DNA from: a virus | Taxonomy: Duplodnaviria; Heunggongvirae; Uroviricota; Caudoviricetes | Direction: 5' to 3' (one strand) | DNA: 64,000 nt | IMG/VR virus record: IMGVR_UViG_3300035182_001709 | Shown here: piece after piece, positions 37,646-44,545 of the stretch | How positions within the stretch are numbered: position 1 is the stretch's first letter | Layout: every line of letters starts with the position of its first letter | The notes under the pieces: model-generated | Told to the model about the DNA's origin: nothing | The model's database searches: none | Seen by the model: the letters and a program-made list of their open reading frames with translations, nothing else | Position numbers and translations under genes: made by a program

Positions 37646-38341
37646 TCAGGAGACGCGGTGGAGGTGCGAGGTGTTCGGCCGCCGCTCGTCGACGGTGATG
37701 GTGTACTTGCGCTCGACCTTGCCGTTGTAATCGTCCCGCGAGACGGGGTAGACGCCCGTCTTGATGCCCGGCAGCAGCGAGGAGGGGATGTTGCGATCCT
37801 GACCCACGCGCATACCCTTGCGGACCATGTCGGCGGCCTCGTGGAGAACACGCTCGATGCGGGCTTCCTCGGCCTTGCGTTCCTGCTCGGCCATGAACGC
37901 CGCCTGCTCCTCCGCGGTGCGGATGCAGACCGCGATCCCGTCGCCGATTTCCGCGTTGATCGCCTCCGTGAGCTCGACGACCCTGGTGTAGAACTCCAGG
38001 CGCGCCTTGGCGAGGGCGGGCCGCGTGTCTCCGTGGCTGGGCCAGTTGACCTCGACGCGGAACTTGTAGTTCCGCCAGATCGACCCGTCCTCACGGGGCT
38101 TCAGGTCGCGGGTCCAGTCGATCGTATCGAACCGCACGTAGAGGTCACAGCTCGTGTCGATCTGCTCCGTGGTATCGCGGAACATCACGGACACGTTGCC
38201 CGCGGAGCCCGACTTGCGCTGCTCGCGGAGCGACTGCATGGTGTGCGGGGACAGGTACTTCTGCGCGATCTCGCTGGCAAGGATGAGGTCGATGGCCTTG
38301 TGAGCGCGGTCGATGATGAGGGGCTGTTGCATGGCGTTCAT
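37646..38341 (-). CDS. hypothetical protein (231 aa)
   Basis: ORF plus cassette 38342..38383. Confidence 0.55.
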   Translation of the reverse strand: MNAMQQPLIIDRAHKAIDLILASEIAQKYLSPHTMQSLREQRKSGSAGNVSVMFRDTTEQIDTSCDLYVRFDTIDWTRDLKPREDGSIWRNYKFRVEVNWPSHGDTRPALAKARLEFYTRVVELTEAINAEIGDGIAVCIRTAEEQAAFMAEQERKAEEARIERVLHEAADMVRKGMRVGQDRNIPSSLLPGIKTGVYPVSRDDYNGKVERKYTITVDERRPNTSHLHRVS

Positions 38342-38373
38342 GAGTCTATCCTACCAGGATCAGAGATGAAGGT

Positions 38374-38667
38374 TCACAGCAGCGCCAGCGAGATCGCCAG
38401 CTCCAGTCCGGGCTCCGTCAGTGCAAACACGTGAGCACCTGACTTCGTCTTGCCGACGACCTCGATGAAGCCTCGGTGCACCAGGGACGCTCGCCAGCCG
38501 TACCCGTCTCGTCCGGAGGTGACGAGGGAGTGCCCCCACGTCGGGCTCTGGAGCGCTCGTCGCTTCTGTTGGATCACTGCGAAATCTTTCACCGTTGCCG
38601 TCTTGTTGCGGACGAGGGTGAACAGGATATCGCGGATCGTGGGAGAAATGCGGCTTGGATTGACCAT
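38374..38667 (-). CDS. hypothetical protein (97 aa), possible winged-helix
   Basis: ORF plus cassette 38668..38703. Confidence 0.5.
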   Translation of the reverse strand: MVNPSRISPTIRDILFTLVRNKTATVKDFAVIQQKRRALQSPTWGHSLVTSGRDGYGWRASLVHRGFIEVVGKTKSGAHVFALTEPGLELAISLALL

Positions 38668-38703
38668 GAGACTATCCTACCAGGTTCAGCGTTGAAGATT
38701 CAC
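38668..38703 (-). promoter_or_regulatory. promoter cassette GTGAATCTTCAAC-GCTGAAC-CTGGTAGGATAG-tctc-ATG (consensus copy); box A supplies the TGA stop of the upstream gene
   Basis: repeat family. Confidence 0.6.
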
Positions 38704-38855
38704 TGCGCGCCACAGGCGCTTGACCTCACGCCATAGTTCCTCGACTGTGCACGCAATCTCCTTGCGGAACTCTTTTGAGAGAGGACGCGAGGACTGTGCC
38801 CGGACGTTGTCCGTTAGGATCTCGATGTCCGCGTCGGTCAAGGGGCGCTTGCCAT
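38703..38855 (-). pseudogene. cassette-driven small gene with frame disruption directly after ATG (ATG-GCA-AGC-GCC-CCT-TGA; protein-like frame continues in -1 frame)
   Basis: cassette 38856..38891 positions the ATG; the open frame KRPLTDADIEILTDNVRAQ... lacks a start. Confidence 0.3.
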
Positions 38856-39337
38856 GGTTCTAGTTTAACTCAGCGAACCCAAAGTTTGCACTGCGAGCAC
38901 AGAATATTCGTAGAATCAAGCCATAAGATACCCCGTCGGGCCCATGAAAGCCCTCCCGTGGGTCCCCTGTGGGCACAGTTTTGGTTGCTCATGGGCCCGA
39001 GAAGTGTAAGAGCTCATGGGCCCAGGGTACTATAAGACCATGAGCAACGCCTTCTAGAACTTCGTCAGGCAGCACGATACAGGCATCTCGCGGACCGGGT
39101 GTCCACGCGGCACCTCTCGGGTTCGATCTTGACCTGACTCACCTGTCGGAGCTGCTGCGGCTTGCCCAGCAGACGGGTTACCAGCTCTGCAACACGGGCT
39201 GGGATGACTGCATCATGGTCACCTAGACTTTCAGCGTTGGCTGATCGCGCTCGCGAGTGTGCAACCCATTGCACTGGGTGAAAATCAGCGCCTGGGCGTG
39301 ATAGACTGTAGACCTCCACCACCACGGGGTAAGATAT

Positions 39338-40102
39338 ATGGCGAGCATGAACCTCAACGTCGGAATCAAGGGCCTGAAGCAGGGCACCAACATCATGGAT
39401 GTTGAGGTGCCTGAGAAGCTGAAGCAGCGCATCAAGACCGGCATCACCTGGTTCGATGACGCGGTTGGTGGCCAGGGTTTCGTGCCCAGCTCCGTCATGA
39501 TGCTGACCGGTACGCCTGGCGCCGGCAAGACCACGATGCTGCTGCAGCTGGCGGACGCCATCACCGGGCAGGGGAACATCTGCCTCTACAACACCGGCGA
39601 GGAGTCGCTCTACCAGGTGCGCATGGTGACCGAGCGCCTGAAGTTGAAGCACGGCTTCATCTGTGGCCAGGACATCATGGTGCCCGACCTGCTGAAGCAC
39701 GCGGACGCGCTGCGCAAGGCCAACCCGAAGAAGCAGGTCTTCATTCTGCAGGACTCGCTGCAGACCCTGGACGACGGCAAGTACTCCAACGGTACCAATG
39801 GCGCCACGCCGCTGCGCTGCGTCGAGATGCTGACCGACTGGGCGAAGAGCACCTACGGCATCGTCATCTTCATCGGACAGGTCAACAAGAGCGGCGAATT
39901 CGCCGGCAAGAACGGGATCCTCCACGCGATCGACGTCCGCGGGTCGCTCTACATCGACCAGGAGAAGAACAGCGAGACCTACGGGGAGCGCATCTTCGAG
40001 GTCACCAAGAACCGCTTCGGTTGCTCGGGCCGCGCCTACGTCCTCGGCTTCCAGGAGAAGGGGCTCTTCGAGAAGGGCAGCTTCGGCATGAACGAGCGCT
40101 GA
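39338..40102 (+). CDS. RecA-superfamily ATPase (Sak4/RadA/KaiC-like recombination protein)
   Basis: Walker A TGTPGAGKTT; 254 aa. Confidence 0.65.
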   Translation: MASMNLNVGIKGLKQGTNIMDVEVPEKLKQRIKTGITWFDDAVGGQGFVPSSVMMLTGTPGAGKTTMLLQLADAITGQGNICLYNTGEESLYQVRMVTERLKLKHGFICGQDIMVPDLLKHADALRKANPKKQVFILQDSLQTLDDGKYSNGTNGATPLRCVEMLTDWAKSTYGIVIFIGQVNKSGEFAGKNGILHAIDVRGSLYIDQEKNSETYGERIFEVTKNRFGCSGRAYVLGFQEKGLFEKGSFGMNER

Positions 40103-40194
40103 ACCCGCGATCTGGGGGCGCAATTCTCGGGAGAGACGGGGGCACGGGTCCTTAGGGACCCAAGCTCACGCGGCCAACGGGAGACCAATAGCGC

Positions 40195-40232
40195 CGAACC
40201 CGGTTCGATTCCGGGGCGCTCCACGAGAGACG
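40195..40232 (+). ncRNA. tRNA-like minihelix (acceptor stem stacked on T-arm, CCA encoded) with no D or anticodon arms
   Basis: AGCGCC-GAA-CCCGG-TTCGATT-CCGGG-GCGCT-CCA. Confidence 0.35.
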
Positions 40233-40514
40233 GATATACTGACAAGGGCAACACCACGTGCCGGGAGGTAAAGGAACAACTAGTCGAAGTCGTCAGTTGA
40301 CAGATGCCTTGACAAGACTGGATCTACGTAGCATTGCAAGAACCTGCCAGATCAAGTCAAAAGAGGTCGTTTCTCTCTTTCAATGACGATGTTAGCTCGT
40401 GATTCTTCTCCTTTGCGGGAGAAATGTCAGCCAACATCTACGTTCTATAAGTTGACCGTAGATCTCGTAAGACAGATGCATGTTTAACAATGACAGGGAG
40501 AGGAAGAGAAAGTC

Positions 40515-40552
40515 TCTGCTCCCCGGTCAACCCCATCTCAACACCGGGGTTT
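40515..40552 (+). terminator. rho-independent terminator candidate (CCCCGGT...ACCGGGG TTTTT)
   Basis: 7-bp GC stem, U5 tract. Confidence 0.45.
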
Positions 40553-40900
40553 TTACGGCTTCTTAGCCTGAGACTTGCGGAGGCGTTCCGCCTTCTCCTT
40601 GTCCTTCTTTTCTTTTTCCTCGGCACGCTCGTCTGAGGTCTTGACGGTGTGCAGGGACTTCTCATCATCGAGATAGTAATAGAGGGTACGCTTGGCAACG
40701 CCCAGCTCGCTGGCTGCCTTGGCAGCATCGCCCCCGTGACCGTTTACGGCGGCGCGGACCCTGTTGCGGAACTTCTCAGGGTTGAGCTGGCGCACTGCCC
40801 CGATGTCGGTGCGCGGCCCGCCGGGCTTGGCGTGGCGCTTCTTCTCGTCGAGGAGATCCAACGTCTCCTTGATGAACTCCTTCAACAGTGCTGCACTCAT
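40553..40900 (-). CDS. Fis/NtrC-C-terminal-type HTH DNA-binding protein
   Basis: 'AAKAASELGVAKRTLYYYL'; start at internal MSAALLKEF. Confidence 0.5.
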   Translation of the reverse strand: MSAALLKEFIKETLDLLDEKKRHAKPGGPRTDIGAVRQLNPEKFRNRVRAAVNGHGGDAAKAASELGVAKRTLYYYLDDEKSLHTVKTSDERAEEKEKKDKEKAERLRKSQAKKP

Positions 40901-41134
40901 GGGTCTAAGTAGGCAGCCCGCGCTCGCGGGTGTGCAACTCATTGCACAGTTGATACCCATGAGAGGGCCCAATTCCGCAACTCACAGGTAGAGTTCATAG
41001 TCGAAGTTCCACACGGGGATGCGGGCACGGGCCCAAGAAAAAGCTTCCAACCCCGCGGCAACCCCATCTCTTTGCCGGCATTTATGCAAATGTTCTGAGT
41101 GCAAAGCTCGCTTGGGAAGGGATAGAATCTGAAC

Positions 41135-41800
41135 ATGGGCAAGAAGGCAACCGCAGATAAGTCTCCTGAGCTGGTCCCCACGAGCCTCACGGGACCCGCG
41201 GAAGATAACCCTGGCATCACGTCGGAGCTGCAGGCACCCCCGGGACTCTCGGACGAGGACCTGGAGCTGCAGGCTGCGCTGACCGATCCCATGGCTGCGC
41301 AGGCGGCCCGTGATGCTCGCAAGCCCGATATCACGTGGCTGGAAGACGCAGTGGTCGAGGCCGAGGGCATGAAGGTCCCCCTCTTCAACGTGGGCGACCG
41401 GATCGTCATCGAGCGCTACTGCCGCATGCTGCAGGGGTCCCCGTGGCTCGATACGCAGACCTACGAAGTCCAGTCCATCGACGATGAGACGGGCGATCTC
41501 CGCCTGTGGAACCCGGATCTCAAGCAGTTCGCCATGTCCAACTTCATCAAGGGCCCCGCGAGGGGCGACGTCTTCAAGCTGGCCCCCGCCAAGGGCAGCA
41601 TCGGCAAGAAGAAGCGTGGCCGCCCGCGGAAGCACCCTCTTGGTGCTCCCAAGCCCGAGGTCAAGCCCGGTGAGAAGCGTGGCCGGGGTCGCCCGAAGGG
41701 CAGCAAGAACCGGCCCAAGGACGTCATCAAGGCCGAGAAGGCTCGCCTGCAGCAGGAGCGCCAGGCCAGGGCCTCGCGGAAGCGCCGGGTGAAGAAGTGA
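41135..41800 (+). CDS. AT-hook DNA-binding protein (KRGRPRK, RGRGRPKGSK)
   Basis: 221 aa; cassette 41095..41134. Confidence 0.55.
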   Translation: MGKKATADKSPELVPTSLTGPAEDNPGITSELQAPPGLSDEDLELQAALTDPMAAQAARDARKPDITWLEDAVVEAEGMKVPLFNVGDRIVIERYCRMLQGSPWLDTQTYEVQSIDDETGDLRLWNPDLKQFAMSNFIKGPARGDVFKLAPAKGSIGKKKRGRPRKHPLGAPKPEVKPGEKRGRGRPKGSKNRPKDVIKAEKARLQQERQARASRKRRVKK

Positions 41801-42039
41801 TCAAGCGCATCCGCGATCTGATCAGGAGCCTCCGGGGCGGGAGCCAAAATCAACAGGTCCCTGCCCCGGAGGAGCAGCTGCTACCCAGTTTTTCGCCAGG
41901 CGATCGCGTTACGCCCATCTGGCAGCCAGCTCGCGAGCCACTGGTGGTGGTAGTAGTGGAGGGGCAGATGGTGCTGGTGGAAGACGCTCAGGGGATGCGC
42001 CAGATCATGCACGTCTGGGAACTGCTGCATCATCAGTGA
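41797..42039 (+). CDS. hypothetical protein (80 aa)
   Basis: ORF with 4-nt overlap. Confidence 0.45.
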   Translation: MIKRIRDLIRSLRGGSQNQQVPAPEEQLLPSFSPGDRVTPIWQPAREPLVVVVVEGQMVLVEDAQGMRQIMHVWELLHHQ

Positions 42040-42585
42040 TTTACGCGGCCCAGATTTATCATGTGGTGTGCACCAGCAGCAAAAAGTGCCCTCCGCGACT
42101 GGAGCTAAGGCCCGATCTATTCTTCTTAGACAAATGTCGCACCATCTCACAGGACAGCCTTTGTTCCCGCGGGATTTCCTTATCCTTGGGCCCAAAGTCC
42201 ATACCAAATGTCCACTTCGCCAGTGACACTGCCACATATTAGTCCCCCTCATGCCCGCGAGTGCAGGCACGCGGGCCGAGGCGCGCGGCGAGAGTGCAAT
42301 TCAGTGATCATCACTGGTGATCTGCTTCCTCAAGATTAAAGCTGCCCAACAGGTTTCGTTCAGTTCATTTACTGACCTGTGTCCCTGTTGAGTGTGAACA
42401 TGCCAGTCACCTGTTGAGTCTGCATCAGCAACTATGATGTCAGGATCAAGCGCGGGTTCCTGACTGACAAGGCCAAGATCATTTCTCGATATTGAGATTT
42501 TGTCCGCGCCCAGAACTCAGAGCAGCTGAATAACAAGAAATCCTGTGAGTGATACAAGTGGTCCACGGTGGATAATAGTTAAACG

Positions 42586-42978
42586 GTGCGCCCTATGATG
42601 AAGGAATCCAAGCTTTCCGAGCCCACCGCTGACCCGCGGGTGGCCGAGTCAGTTTCGAATTTCAAGCAGATGGTCGCAGCCTCAAAGTTGATGCCGGGTG
42701 ACATGATCATCCCGTCCCGCCCTTGGGACAAGAACGAGTTCTGCGAGCTTCCCCACAATCGTAGGTGGTCCTCGCGCATCGTCATCTCACGGTCTGAACC
42801 TTGGATCAAAGGAGTAGTTGGCGAAGTAGACCAGTATGGCATGCCCGTGGAGCCCGAAGAAGTCGTCACGGTTCATCTGATGACGATATACACTGATGGT
42901 AGCATTCAGATGATCTCGGGTGACTTTGAATCCGAGACGCAGTTCTGTGTTATGGCTCTTGAAGATCAAGAGCGGTAG
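42586..42978 (+). CDS. hypothetical protein (130 aa)
   Basis: ORF. Confidence 0.5.
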   Translation: MRPMMKESKLSEPTADPRVAESVSNFKQMVAASKLMPGDMIIPSRPWDKNEFCELPHNRRWSSRIVISRSEPWIKGVVGEVDQYGMPVEPEEVVTVHLMTIYTDGSIQMISGDFESETQFCVMALEDQER

Positions 42979-43483
42979 CCTGATGAAGGGCATGCCCAAT
43001 GCTCATGCCGATGAGCACCAACTTCTGGTTCCAGATGATGTTGCTCAGACGGTCTGACCCATTGTGAAGGTCTGGTGTTTTCACATAGTCATTAGACTGT
43101 GGTGACTGACGGGCACGTGGAGCCTAAACAAGGCGACTATTTTCTTGATTCTGAGTGGGAGATTGTCCACCGTGCCTGACACAATCGAACAGGTGGCAAT
43201 TGCCGCACCCGCTTCCTGACCGTGAGCTGCAAACCCGTCGAAGTCACATGGGTCCCCGAGGCGATGGTGTGCTTTTTAGGTCGGTGAATCTTCACGGCCT
43301 CCCGTGTTAAGATAAGCTCATGGATCTGCTCCTTCGCATTGGAGCATCACCCGCGAGTACGCTGGTTGCATCGACGGGATTCTGTACCGCGAACCTGTAG
43401 AAACTCTTCTGACAAGAAGGTCAGGTTCGAATTTGAAGACCTCTGCCGGCTGCGATGCCCTATGGCACCCGCTCTGAAGACCC

Positions 43484-43912
43484 ATGACGCCCTATAGCAA
43501 CAACCTTAATGCCGGTAACTACTGCAGGGAATCATACGGGATCCTCCGATACTCGCAGGGAACCCAAGGTCCGCGCCTCGTCCTCGAGTGCGACTGGGGC
43601 ATCGCCATGGTCACTCGGGCCTTGATCCCGAAATACTACCCCGTGAGGCCGCAGAAGTATGCGCCTCACGTGACTGTCGTTCGTCACGAGCGTCCGCGCA
43701 TGGACGCCTGGAAGCGCTACGAGGGAAAGCGCGTCGACTTTCTGTATGATCCTTGGGTCTACAACGATGAGACCTACTGGTGGCTCTCGGTCTCCTGCGA
43801 CTTCCTGAAGCAGGTTCGCATTGAGTTGGGCCTGAAGCCCACGCGGTTCACGCCCCAGGATGCCTTGGGTGGGTTTCACATGACGGTGGGCAATACCAAG
43901 AACGCCCCATGA
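43484..43912 (+). CDS. 2H phosphoesterase superfamily protein (two HxTx motifs: HVTV, HMTV)
   Basis: 142 aa; motif spacing ~80 aa. Confidence 0.6.
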   Translation: MTPYSNNLNAGNYCRESYGILRYSQGTQGPRLVLECDWGIAMVTRALIPKYYPVRPQKYAPHVTVVRHERPRMDAWKRYEGKRVDFLYDPWVYNDETYWWLSVSCDFLKQVRIELGLKPTRFTPQDALGGFHMTVGNTKNAP

Positions 43913-44130
43913 TCAAGAAGTTCAACGAGAAATTGCAGGAATCTACGCTGCAGCCTGGGGACTTGGTGCAGTTGCTACCTCCCAAGAACTCGCTCAACGA
44001 GAATCACTCGATTTTTCTCCGTCACGTTAATGAACCCAGGGGGATCCGCACTGGCTTTGACTTCCTGTCTGGGCCCGTCATTAAGTGCTCAGACAGATGT
44101 CTTCGCGTGGGCCGTCGTCTATCGTCATGA
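43909..44130 (+). CDS. hypothetical protein (73 aa)
   Basis: ATGA-coupled ORF. Confidence 0.4.
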   Translation: MIKKFNEKLQESTLQPGDLVQLLPPKNSLNENHSIFLRHVNEPRGIRTGFDFLSGPVIKCSDRCLRVGRRLSS

Positions 44131-44545
44131 GCCAAAATGGCATTTGGATGATCGCTGGGACGTGTTGTTGCTGACTCCCGCTGGGAACATGGGTTGGTGT
44201 ACGCAGAACTATCTGAGGCAGGTCTGACGCATGGAAAACGCGTGACCCATCTACCCAGGCGACATGGTGACGTCACCATCCTGTTGCCCGACCTGCGACT
44301 TGGGATCCTTTATGAATCCCGTTTGTGGTTGCTGTTCCCGTGACGGTTTTATGCCCTCACGTGTGATGGTGAGGCACCAACACTTTTTTCACGAGATATT
44401 CGTGGGTCACCCTGAGGGCCTCAAACTTGTTTCTGCACGCTTATACAAGGATGGCTTGATAGAGGACAATTGAGACACTGGTTTCAAGACCCGAGAGTGG
44501 TTACAGTAACCGCTGGGTCCTTTCACATAAGGAAGAGGACATCAC

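Noticed and set aside
23959-38900. The repeated ~36-bp element considered as a CRISPR array or other spacer-repeat system.
   Set aside because: The spacing is irregular (250-700 bp). Each copy sits immediately upstream of an ATG. Copies occur in both orientations. No cas genes are present. The element behaves as a promoter cassette.
39065-40123. Long ORFs on the strand opposite confident genes, including 39065..40123, 45737..46882, 44834..45538, 28783..29862, 31483..32355, 25250..25951, 36426..37178, 37658..38434, 1949..2521 and 2540..3034.
   Set aside because: Their products are Arg/Ala/Pro/Gly-rich with low complexity, typical of antisense frames in high-GC DNA. They overlap genes that have strong homology or motif support. 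Several contain only the translated promoter cassette (for example ...SILPCSEAKVH...).
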